Source of the DNA: Octopus sinensis
Taxonomy: Eukaryota
DNA length: 64,000 nucleotides
Assembly (NCBI RefSeq): GCF_006345805.1
Contig: NC_043003.1
Coordinates: forward strand, 13,888,001 to 13,952,000
Direction: 5' to 3'
The position numbers and the translations under genes are program-made. The notes under the pieces were generated by a model. That model saw nothing but the letters and a program-made list of their open reading frames with translations, searched no databases and was not told where the DNA came from. Below are positions 1 through 13,332 of the stretch, in pieces. The stretch's first letter is position 1; each line of letters opens with the position of its first letter.

Positions 1-108
1 CTGATATACCCTCCAGCCTCCATCAGGTGTCTTGGTGAGATTTCAAACCTGGGTTCTCATTCCAAAGGTATTTTTCAATGTTATTATTATCATCCTGATT
101 ACTATTAT

Positions 109-139
<31 letters not shown>

Positions 140-297
140 ATTACTATTCAGGTCACTGCCTGGAATTGTAGTGGCTGGAGGGTATATCAGCAGAAACGTT
201 GTTAATAACAAACAAGATGAGGACAAATATCCGTCAAATGTAAATAATGTAAATAAGGTAAATAATGTACATAATTCCTCATCTCTTAAATATAGAA
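1..297. mobile_element. Family H element, inverted arrangement (minus-strand copy 1-166, plus-strand tail 173-297), truncated by window edge
   Basis: The reverse complement of 1-166 matches 55075-55192. 173-250 matches 55175-55250. 1-18 is the reverse complement of 173-190. Confidence 0.75.
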
Positions 298-673
298 ATT
301 GCTGTTATGTGTTACCTATTATAGCAGGCTGTAGTCAAAAAAAGCAGAACATTCAGTGAAAAATTCCCTGATGGAATAAAGTCATGTTTCAGTGGATGAT
401 GGTTCATTCTCTGAACACCTGCTGCAAGAAGTGCCCATCATTGCCACATCTGTGCAAAAGAGCATTTATAAAGACACAAAAGAAAGAAAATGGAAATTAC
501 TTGATTCCTTATGCGCGACGATTGTTTTGACCCAGCAGTGCAGATATTTGTGGTACATCACAGATGCAGATGTCCACGGAAGATTCATTTGCCTTTTTGC
601 TCTTTTACATATCAATACATTTTTTGTACTAGTGACGTACTCATCATCTACATAAGGAATAGATATATGTATC

Positions 674-1053
674 GTGGAACTCCGTCGGTTATGACGACGA
701 GGGTTCCAGTTGATCTGATCAATGGAACAGCCTGCTCGTTAAATTAATGTGCAAGTGGCTGAGCACTCCACAGTCACATGTACCCGTAACAGAGTTCTCG
801 GGGAGATTCAGTGTGACACAGAGTGTGACAAGGCTGACCCTTTGAAATACAGGTACAACAAGAACAAGAAGAAAGAGTGTGAGAAAGGTAAAGTAAAAGA
901 GTATAGCAGGGTTCGCCACCATCCCCTGCCGGAGCCTCATGGTGCTTTAGGTGTTTTTCCTCAATAAACACTCACAACGCCTGGTCTGGAAATCAAAACC
1001 GCAATCCCACAACTGTGAGTTCACTGGCCTAACCACTGGGCCATTGCGCTTCC
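674..1053 (-). mobile_element. SINE family C, same tail type as 28577-28957
   Basis: Colinear similarity over the full length. Confidence 0.85.
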
Positions 1054-1062
1054 ATAATATAT

Positions 1063-1105
<43 letters not shown>

Positions 1106-1245
1106 CACACATACATAAATATATATGTATGTATGCGTTTATATATATGTGCGTGTATATATATATATATATATATATATATGCAAATTTGTATATATAC
1201 ATATATATACTTTATATATATGTATGCATATATATGTGTGTGTGG

Positions 1246-1280
<35 letters not shown>

Positions 1281-1300
1281 TATATGTATATATACATATG

Positions 1301-1340
<40 letters not shown>

Positions 1341-1442
1341 ATATGTATGTATATATATATATGTACATATGTATATATATATGTATATATATTCCTGAAA
1401 GTAAAAACGGAGAGAGAAATAGCAGTTAAAATAAGTACTTAC

Positions 1443-1537
1443 CAAGTTAGAAGATGGATGTAATAACTTGACGTAAATATGAAATTCCTCATTGCTTTTT
1501 CTTTAGAAATGTCCAATTGCAAATTGAAAAGACTAAT
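1443..1537 (-). other. Candidate 95-nt exon of an unidentified transcript
   Basis: Minus strand: tttctttctttctttcttgcag|ATTAGTC...CTAACTTG|gtaagta. One open frame, [31 protein letters not shown], with no recognisable homology. Confidence 0.35.
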
Positions 1538-3827
1538 CTGCAAGAAAGAAAGAAAGAAATACACACATAAATATAAATAATAACATTTGCAGATTAGGAG
1601 ATCAGATGCAGAATTAATAATTGTGTCTTACGTATGTAGAAAGTTGCAAACTTAAAACTAGAAAGTTGTAGTGTATTAATATATTATTAGAAAAGTTCTG
1701 TTTGTTGAGCCTGGGGAAGTCAAAACTGAAGTCAGCCCACAGAATGGCTTGAAAAGGGAAAGTAATTAATAACTACAAAAGAGCTTTGATTTACTGATCT
1801 TTCAGTAACGGCATGTGGCTTAGTGCTTGCTGTGAGATCATGGTTTCAATTCCTCGACCGGGTGGTGCCCAGTGTTCTTGAGCAGAATGGTTTTTTTTTT
1901 TTCCACTCTGTTCCAGTCTGTTCTCTCAGTTTTAAATGAATGACTCTGTGATGGACTAGCATCCTGTCCAGGGAAATGTGATTTTGGTCACTCACACACC
2001 ATGGGAGTCAGGTAGTGTGGTCCCTATGAACATGAGGGTTAGAGACATTAATGTCCTGGGGCTGATGATAAATATAGATGATTATGATGCTGTTGCTGCT
2101 GATGGATCTGTCAGCTAAAACCCTAAACAGAAATAGTCCTTTCTACTAAAGGTACAAGGCCGGAAATTTTGGGAGAGGGGATTAGTCAATTACATCAACA
2201 CCTGTGCGAAACTGGTGCTTATTTTGTTGACCTTGAAATGATGAAAGGCTAAGTTGACTCTGAAAGGATGAAAGACAAAGTCAACTTCGGCAGAATTTGA
2301 ACTCAAAATACCAAGGTGGTCAAAATGCTGCTAAGCACACTAATCCTTTCTATTATAGGCACAAAGCCCGAAATTTTGAGGGAGGGGGGGGGGAGTCGAT
2401 TAGATCGATCCCAGTTTGCGACTGGTACTTAATTTATCAACCCCGAAAGGATGGAAGGCAAAGTCAACCACAGTGGAATTTGAACTCAGAACGTAAAGAC
2501 AGACGAAAAACCGCTAAGCATTTTGCTCGGCGTGCCAATGTTTCTACCAGCTCACCGCTTTAATAATAATAATAATAATAATAATAATATAATAATAATA
2601 ATAATAATAATAATAGTAATAACAGTCATCATGATGTTAGTATTGTTAGTAGATGCTTATGACCATAAAGGATAGGCTCACGTTTTAATACTGTAATTAC
2701 TCTTTTGTTGTGGAGCAGAAAAGAAAAGCTGGTTTCGAAAGAAAAAAGTTTGTTGACTAATAACAGGTGACAAGCCCAGTTCTACTTCTCAATAGGTGTC
2801 AGGTAAGAATTTTGAACACATGCAAAAACAGTCTCTGCTGGATTATGGTTGAATACGTTTGAATGATGTTGAATATTCATTCACGAAGGAGCAATTAGTT
2901 CTGAGAAAACGAAAGGGAAATAATCTTCTCTACAAAATTTCAGACACAAGGCCTGAAATTTTGAGGAAGGGGGCCAGTTGATTAGATTAACCCCAGTACG
3001 CAACTGCTACTTAATTTATCGATCCTGAAAGGATGAAAGGCAAAGTTGACCTCGGCAGAATTTGAACTCAGAACGTAAAGACAGACAAAATACCTATTTC
3101 TTTACTACCCACAAGGGGCTAAACACAGAGCAGACAAACAAGGACAGACAAACGGATTAAGTCAATTATATTGACCCCAGTGCGTAACTGGTACTTATTT
3201 AATTGACCCCGAAAAGATGAAAGGCAAAGTTGATGTCTGCAGAATTTGAACTCAGAACGTAAAGACAAAATACCGCTAAGCATTTCGTCCGGTGTGCTAA
3301 TGATTCTGCCAGCTCACCACCTTTGAAAGGGAAATAATGGTTAGAAGCTGAGGTTTAGGCTGTCATACTCATGATCGTTAGATCGTGGGTTCAGTTCCCA
3401 GACCAGGTGGTGTATTGTGTTCTTGAACAAGGTGCTTCATTTCACATCGCTCCAGTCCCTCTTTCCATAGCTTGCCTAAGTAGCAGGATAGCATCATTCG
3501 AATGTTAAAACAATGCAAAGTGCACTGTGACTAATGATGTGCAACAACATGATAGTCTGGTCGTGATATATATATATATATAATATATAATGGCGGTGCC
3601 CCAGCATGGCCACAGCTCATGAGCTGAAACTAGAATCAATCAAGAATCAATCATATATATATATATATATCAAGTGGGTGTGTGTTAAAAAGTTTGCTTC
3701 TCAGCCATATGGTTCCAGGTTCAGTCCCACTGCATGGCACCTTGGGCAAGGGTCTTCTACTATAGCCTTGGGCTGACCTAAGCCTTGTCAGTGGATTGGT
3801 AGACAGAAACTGAAAAGAAGCCCATCG

Positions 3828-3887
<60 letters not shown>

Positions 3888-4881
3888 ATGTGTGTGTGTG
3901 TCTTTGTGAGTCCCTCCCCCCATCACTGCTTGACAACCAGTGTTGGTGTGTTTATGTCCTCCCAACTTAGCGGTTCAGCAAAAGTGACCAATAGAATAAG
4001 TACTGCAGTAGATTTGTTTGACTAAAACCCTTCAAGGCTGTACTCCAACATGGTCGCAGTCAAATGACTGAAACAAGCAAAAGAATAGAAGAATACAACA
4101 TCATTTTAATATCAGCTTTTCCCTGCTTGCATGGCATGGATGGAATACGCTGAAGCGAATCTTCTATGGCTGGATATCCTCTCTGTCTCTTAACCCTCGC
4201 TTCCAGATTAAAAAATGACCAGACTTGTTTCCATGGTAGCCTGGAAATGAAGAACCTCAAGCCAATCAATGCCTACAGCAAGACTTGAACTCAGGATCTT
4301 TGACCATTGGTTCAAGAGTTCCTGAATACTTTTACCTTTTAATTTCTACTCATTGGACTGCGACCAAGCTGGGGCACTGCCTTGAAGAAGGGTTTTAGAA
4401 GAACAAATCGACACCAGTATGTATTTTTAAAGTCTGATATCTTATTAGTCTCTTTTGCCAAACTGGTGGGGATGTAAACAAACTAACACCTGTTCTCATG
4501 TGGTGGAGGCAGTGGTGGGTGGCAGAAACACAAAGACACACATACACATGTATATACGCTTCTAGGCTTCTTGACAGTTTTCGGTGTATGAAATTCACTC
4601 ACACAACATTGCTACACGGTGGGACTGAACTCAAAACCAGGTGATTGGGAAGCAAGTTTCTAAACCACACAGCCATACCTGTGCCTTGTTTAGGTATTTA
4701 AAAAACAAAAAGAAGACACAAACAATGAAAGAAATAAACCACTCAGAGACAATTAATGCTACAGCTTCTTTTGTGATTGCTAGAACATACAGGCAACTTA
4801 ACAACAGAAGATGTAAAGACTTGTCTTTCTCCATCTCTCTCCTCTCTCGCATCTCTCTCTCATTTCTCTCAATTGTTACAG

Positions 4882-5165
4882 TAGGAGAAAAGTTCAAGTG
4901 GAAAGTGAAGTCAGCAGAGCAAAATCTCCTGGTCTAAATTAAAAGAATCACCAACGAAGCAACAAGGCCTGCCATAAGCTATACAGCACAAAGCTGCAAG
5001 CTGAAGATACCGACATCAAGTGACAAGACATCAGTAGCATCCGAAGAAGATGGAGGCAGAGCCGTACAACAACAACAACAACAGCAACGACAATAACCTG
5101 AAGAAGAAAACAGCATGGTTGATCACACTGATTGCTTTGCCAGGCATGAAGCTGACAGTTAAAAG
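4882..5165 (+). other. Candidate exon in unique sequence (possible 5'UTR plus ATG at 5050)
   Basis: A ~55-nt polypyrimidine tract ends in ttacag and a weak donor AAG|gtagaa follows. Reading frame MEAEPYNNNNNSNDNNLKKKTAWLITLIALPGMKLTVK, with no recognisable homology. Confidence 0.2.
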
Positions 5166-8100
5166 GTAGAAATATTAGATGCGGTTTTATCTCGACATTA
5201 TACAGCAACATGTAATGAAAAATCTTTTGATAGTAATTGGTTTATGATTACTACATCCTGTTTGAAAGTTTAAAGGATTTCGAAATGGAGTTAAGAAGTT
5301 AAGATATTTCTCCAAGACGCTAGTCAAGGAAAAACAGAAAAAATGGAGAACAGTTTCTTAGTTTCCAAAAAGAAAATTTGTGCAGATGATGTAGGTCTAT
5401 TATCTATCTTTCATCTTCAACTTGTTTCAGTTATTAGACTGCGACCAGGCTGGGGCACTGCCTTCAACAACTTTTTTTATTCAAATGAATTAACCCCAGT
5501 ACTTATTTTTTGTCAAGTCTGGTACTTATTCTATCAGTCTCTTTCACCGAACTGCTAAGTTATGGGGGTCATAAACACATCAACACGAGTTGTCAAGCAG
5601 TTGTGAAGGACAAACACACACTCACACACACACAACAAGCTTCTTTCAGTTTTTGTGAGCCAAATCCACTCACAAGGCTTTGGTTGACTTGAGACTGTGG
5701 TAGAAGACACTTGCCCAAGGTTCCACACAGTGGGACTGAACCCAGAAACATGTAGTTAGGAAGCAAGCTTCTTACCATACAGCCATATAGGCATAGGAGT
5801 GGCTGTGTGGTAAGTAGCTTGCCAAACACAGACAAGCAAACATATATACACACACACTATATATATATATACGATGGGCTTCCTTTAGTTTCCATCTACC
5901 AAATCCACTCACAAGACTTTGGTTGGCCCGAGGCTATAGTAGAAGACACTTGCCCAAGGTGCCATGCAGTGGGACTGAACCTGGAACCATGTGGTTGCTA
6001 AGCAAGCGACTTATTACACAGCCACTCCTGCGCCTATATTTGTTCCTTTGGTTAATGATTGTTAATCAACATACTTCCTTTGTTAAATATAACGATGTTT
6101 TCATTGTATAAATTAATATACCCAACTGGCATTTTATTTTATTGATCCCCACCGTACAAGACAAGCAAACCCAACCTTGGCAGGATTCGAACTCAGGAAG
6201 TAAAGAACTAAAAGCAATACCAGAAAGCATTTTATTCGATGTGCCAAATTTCCTCAACAACCCCCCGCCCCACCCCCACGTGATCAAACTAAAAGCATCA
6301 CAGTTTTATTCCAAGAAATAATCTCAATTGCCAGCAATGGTTTATGAAACATTTTGTTCCTCCCTACGTGGACACAAAAACAGCAAGCCTTTTTATTGTC
6401 GATGCTTTATGCCTGGTTTCTATATGGAGGACAATGGTCAGAATAGTCTGCTTGGGAATAAAACCCTCCGTTTCTGCTCATTTTAAGTTTCTCCACAAAT
6501 CTAGAACTATTTCATTGCAGAGTTTCACATGACTTATCTGTCAAATACGATATCAACTGCATAAACCTATGTTTTTCTGGGTTTTTTTTTCTTTCTCCTC
6601 CTTTAGTTTCTGGACCCTTCTTCTCCCTAACTTCTTGGCTGCTAAACAATACTTGATGCTTTTAATTCTATTTGATATCTTTACCACAAAACACATTCTC
6701 TGTCTCAGATTTATTTCACACATTCTTTTACATTCCTTGCAGATATTCTCGGCTTTTATATTCACTGGAAAGGTTTACGACTTTATATATATTTTTTTAA
6801 TGTTAGGGTAAATATAAATGGTTTGAGGAAGGAACCAAGATGTTCTCAAAGATCCCAATCTTAATGTATTCCTTAAGGCTCTATACACCTACCAAACTCA
6901 ATGTCTCCCTTTATGCTCTGTGAAGCTTCCATTTCTTTGGACTTATGCTGTTATTAGCTAATTTTTCTGACAGGTCTCATCAAGTCTCTCTTTACCTGAC
7001 ACTCTAATTTTGCATACCTGCTTATTTTCTTAGCTTTTATGTTTTCTAGTAATAGGTGCAGATGTGGCAATGTGGTTCAGAAACTTTCTTCCCAAGCACC
7101 TGGTTACAGGTTCAGTCCCACTGCACGGCACTTTGGGTGAGTGTTGGCAGCTATAGCCCTGGGCTGAATAAAGCCTTCTAAATGGATTTGGTAGAGAGAA
7201 ATTGGAAGATGTTCATCATACACAGACACGCACTTGTGTGTGTTCCGGGTTCAGTCCCACTGCGTGGCACCTTGGGCAAGTGTCTTCTACTATAGCCTTG
7301 GGCCAACCAAAGCCTTGCGAATGGATTTGGTAGACAGAAACTGCAAGAAGCCCATCGCATATATGTATGTGTGTGCATGTGTGTGTGTGTATGTTTGTGT
7401 GTCTGTGTCTGTCCCCTCAACATCGCTTGACAACCGATGCTGGTGTGTTTACGCTCCCGTAATTTAGTGGTCCGGCAAAAATAGACCGATAGAATAAGTA
7501 CTAGGCTGACAAAGAATAAGTCCTGGGGTCGATTTGCTCGATTACAGGCAATACTCCTCCATGGCTGCAGTCAAATGACTGAAACAAGTAAAAGAGTAAA
7601 TAAATAAATAAATAAATAGACGTGTCTAGCTAAGGGGCAAAAAAATATTACCTTGCTTGGAAACAAGTGAGGATTAGTGACAGGAAAGGTACCCATCCAG
7701 TCACAGAATATCTGCTTTGACATGGTCCATCTGACCAAAGCAAACAATGAAATGTATACACAATATGACGATGATGATGATTCTGGACTCTGCCTTTACA
7801 ATATATGAACAGACTTCTCCAAGTCTCTTTCCCCGGCTTCGTTTGCAAATATTAAATTATCATCTGTGGTTTATATGACAGGTACAACTGTCTGTATTTA
7901 TACTGTGTAGTTAGACTTGTATTTAATCTTACTAATTACTTTTGACTTAATGCAACAAGTCGCTTGATTACGCCTTTAAAAAAAAAATTACTAAACACAC
8001 AATCAACATCTGCATACATTAAACGATGTAGTTTTATTACAATGTTTCCCAAATAGTTAAGATTCGTTTGTTATTTATTTTTATTTTTTAGTTTAGAAAA

Positions 8101-8715
8101 CATCAATTTTACCTGGAATTAGTTATTTTATAACTTCAACAAATGATTATAAATGTCTCAGAATGAGTAATGTATCTTTCTCAGGAAAAGTTGTTGCTTT
8201 TTTTAAATAACTTTCGCCTTTCTTTCCGTCTTCTATATATCATTACTAACTTTCTAAATGTTTAGCATGTATGATGTAATAAAACTGAAAATGACTCTCT
8301 TAGAACAAAATGAGAAGGAAATTTATTTTCAAAATGTGCATGTGTTTGTGTGCAAGCACATGTGCATTTTGGCCAAATGGGTTGGCACATGTTGCAAGCG
8401 TGGCTGTGCAGTAAGAAGTTTGCTTTCCAACCGCATGGCTTTCGGTTCAGTCCCACTATGTGATACCTTGAGGCAAGTGTCTTCTACTGTGGCCTTGGGT
8501 TGCTCAATGTCTTATAAGTGAATTTGGTAGATGAAGACAATATGAAACAAATATCGAACAGTGAGAATGAGTGCTACTGTATTGGTGGGTTAATATTCTT
8601 TGTTTGTGAATTAAGAAGGCTATCAATGGTTTCATGGAGGAGATATGCACAATTGTTCGAGCGTGTTGGTATTCATTTTGGAAATAATGATCTCATATAT
8701 ATATATATATATATA

Positions 8716-8754
<39 letters not shown>

Positions 8755-8857
8755 TAATTTGTCCTTAGTCGAAAGACACCTGTTGTTATGTCCAACATCA
8801 ATTATCAAGCAATGGTGGTGGGGGACAAACACAGACATAGAGACACACACATAAATA

Positions 8858-8901
<44 letters not shown>

Positions 8902-9149
8902 CCCCCCCCCACCGACTGGCTCCTGTGTAGGTGGCATATAATAAACACCAGCCGAACATGGTCGATGCCAGTGCTGCCTGACTGGCTCCCGTGCTGGTGG
9001 AGTAACCAGCTGTAGAAACCTTGCCAGATCACATTGGAGCCTGACGCAGCCTACTGGCTTGCAAGTCCCCCAGTCAAACCATCCAACCCATGCCAGCAGG
9101 GAAAATGGATGTTAAATGATGATAATGATATATATATATATATATCCGG

Positions 9150-9483
9150 GACCCTCTTCGGTCACGACACTGACCATGGGATTGCGCCTAGAAAGTTACC
9201 CTCCTAGTCACAAGTCTGGGCATGGTTGTTTATGGAAGACCAGTAGTCGCCCATGCATACCGGCCTCCCCTCTCCACCCCACCAGTGTTATCCAAGGGAA
9301 AGGCAAAGGCCGATACAGCTTGGCACCAGTGACGTCGCAACTCATTTCTACAGCTGAGTGAACTGGAGCAACGTGAAATAAAGTGTCTTGCTCAAGAACA
9401 CAACACGCAGCCTGATCCGGGATTCGAGCTCACAACCTCACGATCGTAAGCTCGACGCTCTAACCACTGAGCCATGCGCCTTC
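9150..9483 (-). mobile_element. SINE family D, full-length (GGCGCATGGCTCAGTGGTTAGAGCG...)
   Basis: A and B boxes, then GTGTTCTTGAGCAAGACACTT...CCAGTTCACTCAGCTG. Other copies 19711-19992+, 27045-27175-, 42178-42645+ (tail duplicated). Confidence 0.85.
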
Positions 9484-9750
9484 ACATACGCCTTCATATA
9501 TATATATATATTATAATAATAATAATAATAGTAGTAGGAAATATAATTCCAAAATTTACAGGGAAAAATTCAACTTAGCAATCCTAAATCAAATTTCACA
9601 ATATATAAAATACATGTATAAAATTTAGAGAAAAACCTCTATTAAACAATTCAATATTGAAAGACGTTATTCGCACCATGTAGAAAAGGTTAAATATACT
9701 ATAAAAAACAATTATTCTAAAAATAGAGTACATAAACAATAAGTAGTAAA

Positions 9751-9871
9751 TAGACTACACACGTTTCATGGCTATATTTTCAAGTAGATAATAATAATAA
9801 AATCAATTAGATTAAAACTAAATCGATCTAAAATTAAACCTATTTAAAAATGTAGTCACTCATCAGGTCTA
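9751..9871 (-). ncRNA. Type I hammerhead-like motif with long helix II insertion
   Basis: Minus strand: TAGAC-CTGATGA-GTGACTA-[78 nt]-TAGCCAT-GAAA-C-GTGT-GTA-GTCTA. Helix I is TAGAC/GTCTA with a GUA triplet. Confidence 0.65.
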
Positions 9872-10715
9872 TAATAATAATAATAAAAACAATATAAATA
9901 ATATAATAAATGTATGTATCTTAACTTATGGATTAAATAATAAATATAGAAAAATAGGTATAAATATTTATATAAACACATGATGGGCTTCTTTCAGTTT
10001 CCGCCTGCCAAATCTACTCAGAAGGCTTTGGTTGACCTGAGGCTATAATAGAAGACATTTGCCCAAGGTGCCACACAGTGGGACTGAAGCTGGAACCATG
10101 TGGTTGGGAAGCAAACATCTTACCACACAGCCATGGCTACACCTATGGTTGTTTTTTAAAATAAAGTCATTGTTTTAAATATTTTAAAATTATCTAAGTT
10201 AATTGTAACTTAAAACTAATGAAACTTTTTTTTTTCCTTTTTTTAATTAAAAGCTGTCTTCCCTGAAAGCACCAAGATTTGTGTTTGGTGGGGGAAGAAT
10301 TGGAAGCACCCAAAACAAAATAATCACGCTCTGGTACACATCATGTCACATCCATTTCATAGTTGCTATGGTGACAGCTGTAGCCGAGCAAAGCCCAACT
10401 AATCCACAAAAAAAAAAAAAAACTCCAGGAGGAAGAGGAAGAGGGGAAGGGTGTGTGTGTGTGATGTTTAATGAAAGGGGTTCAATGATTGATGATAATG
10501 ATGAAATAGAGGATGAAATCAATAATTAACGAAGCTGACTGAATAGGCAAAAATCTAGTCACATGCAAGCTGAAGTGTTTAACAGATCAGGTTCCCCCTG
10601 ACATACCCCCAAGTCCCCAAACATGCAGAAATTAAGAAATAAAAGCAATATTTCACAACAGTACCTAACAGCTATTTTGTCACCAATTAGTTTATGAACA
10701 TCTAGTGTTATATTA

Positions 10716-11695
10716 TATTGGTTTCAAATTTTGGCACAAGGCCAGCAACAGCAGGAGAAGAGAGCTAGCAGAATCGTTAGCATGCCGGGCGAAATATTTA
10801 TCTGTATTTCGTCTGCCGTTATGTTCTGAGTTCAAATTCCGCCGAGGTCGACTTTGCCTTTCAACCTTTCGGGGGTCGATAAATAAAGTACCAGTTACGC
10901 ACTGGAGTCGATGTAATCGACTTAATCCCTTTGACTTTCCTTGTTTGTCCCCTCTATGTTTAGCTCCTTGTGGGCAATACAGCAATAAGTGCAGGAGAAA
11001 GAGAGTGAAAGTTAATTACATCAACCCCAGTGCTTAACTGGTTCTCATTTCATTGACCCCAAAAGGATGAAAGGCAAAGTCAACCTTAGCAGAATTTGAA
11101 CTCAGAGCATAAAAATAGATGAAATGCTACTAAGCTTTTTCCTTGGCATGCTAACAGTTCTGCCAGCTCACCACCTTAAAGAATACAAATATTGGTTTCA
11201 AATTTTGGCACAAGGCCAGCAACAGCAGGAGAAGAGAGCTAGCAGAATCGTTAGCATGCCGGGCGAAATATTTATCTGTATTTCGTCTGCCGTTATGTTC
11301 TGAGTTCAAATTCCGCCGAGGTCGACTTTGCCTTTCAACCTTTCGGGGGTCGATAAATAAAGTACCAGTTACGCACTGGAGTCGATGTAATCGACTTAAT
11401 CCCTTTGACTTTCCTGTTTGTCCCCTCTATGTTTAGCTCCTTGTGGGCAATACAGCAATAAGTGCAGGAGAAAGAGAGTGAAAGTTAATTACATCAACCC
11501 CAGTGCTTAACTGGTTCTCATTTCATTGACCCCAAAAGGATGAAAGGCAAAGTCAACCTTAGCAGAATTTGAACTCAGAGCATAAAAATAGATGAAATGC
11601 TACTAAGCTTTTTCCTTGGCATGCTAACAGTTCTGCCAGCTCACCACCTTAAAGAATACAAATATTGGTTTCAAATTTTGGCACAAGGCCAGCAA
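10716..11695. repeat. Near-perfect tandem duplication (474/473-bp units plus start of a third)
   Basis: TATTGGTTTCAAATTTTGGCACAAGG recurs at 10716, 11190 and 11663. Only a 1-nt indel was noticed. Confidence 0.95.
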
Positions 11696-13099
11696 TTTCA
11701 GGAGTGGGAACCAATCAATTTCATCAACTCTATTGCTCAACTGGTACTTATTTCATCGACCCTGAAAGGATGACAGGCAAAGTCAACCTCGGGGGAATTT
11801 GAACACAGAAAGGCCAGAGAGACCATGGCATTGAAAGGTGTGCACAGACATAGAGGCAGAATAGTTGGTGCAAGTTTGTTTTCCATGGGTTCACAAATGA
11901 GATTTGAGCCCAGGAAAAGAAAGGCATGGTCTGTCACATACATGCATGCATACTCGAATATGTATATTTATATATGAGTAAATTCATATACATATATGTA
12001 AATTTACCATTATTTAACATCTGTTTTCGATGCTGGTATGAGTTGCATAGTTTGACAGAAGGTGGTAAGCCAGAGCACTGCGCCACGATCCAGTTACCTT
12101 TGGCAAGGTTTTTATGGCTGGATGCCCTTCCTACTACCAGCCACTTTACAGAGTGGACAGGGTACTTTTTATGAGGGTACTTTTATATATATATATGTAT
12201 ATGTATATTTATATCTATGTATATCTACCTATCTAACTATATATATATTAACCTTTTAGCATTCAGCTTACTCTGTGAATTGCTAATGTTTATTTATTCA
12301 CATTGTTTTGAATTAAGCATACTATATTTTTCAGCTTCAAGATTTCAATGACGTGATTGTTTACTTTTACATTGACAGTGTAGGGCAGGTGTGAGAGGCA
12401 GGAGCTAGCCAGTTTGAATATAAAGCAAGTAGAATATTTTGGCTGGATATGGCTGGTTTAAATGCTGAAAGCATGTTTTGTCTTGGCATCAATGACATTG
12501 AAACTTATCGCAGTACCACAAGACTATTGAAAAGGTTACAAGATGCAACAAAAATAAGAAATAAGTGGAAATTTTACCAGTGAGTGTGTTAAATTATAAG
12601 GCACAAAAAAAAAATGACTCTCCCCAGACACAACAGAATATGCTTCAACACATGAACTCACATAAAGAATCTTGCAAACCAAATCCAAAAACGAAAATTT
12701 CAAAAGTCAGTAAAATAATCACCATTACATATAGATAAATATCTGTCTTAATGTGTCATATCAGATTAGACAAGGGAATTCCATAAGAAAAATGGAAAGA
12801 GAGAAGTGAATACTTAGGTATGTAACCAGGTCTGTGTCTGTGTATGTGTATGCATGCAAGGAAACATCATCATAATCGTCATTTAATGTCCATCCTTGCA
12901 TGGAATTTGGTGAGGTGGATGTTCGAAGGTTGGATGCCCATGCTGTTGCCAACCCTCACCTGTTTCCACGCAAGCTAATATTTCCCCACTGGCCAGACAT
13001 GCTGTTGCAGAACATTGCAAATGAACGACACTGCTTGTATGACAGTGATGCTCGTTTACAATTAATCATGTGATGTCAAGACAAGGAGACAACCCACAG

Positions 13100-13332
13100 G
13101 CGATGAGTTGGCAGAAACGTTAGCATGCCGGGCAAAATGCGTAGCCGTATTTCCTCTGCCGTTATGTTCCGAGTTCAAATTCCGCCGAGGTTGACTTTGC
13201 CTTTCATCCTTTCGGGGGTCGATAAATTAAGTACCAGTTATGCACTGGAGTCGATGTAATCGACTTAATCCGTTTGTCTGTCCTCGTTTGTCCCCTCTGT
13301 GTTTAGCTCCTTGTGGGTAGTAAAGAAATAGG
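13100..13332 (+). mobile_element. SINE family B representative (GGCGAGCTGGCAGAAACGTTAGC...); about 20 copies
   Basis: B box GAGTTCAAATTCC. Other copies include 2345-2560-, 2935-3325-, 10750-11820, 18975-19660+, 34905-35040-, 36540-36765+, 44965-45187+, 50615-50832+, 55460-55860, 57320-57650. Confidence 0.85.
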
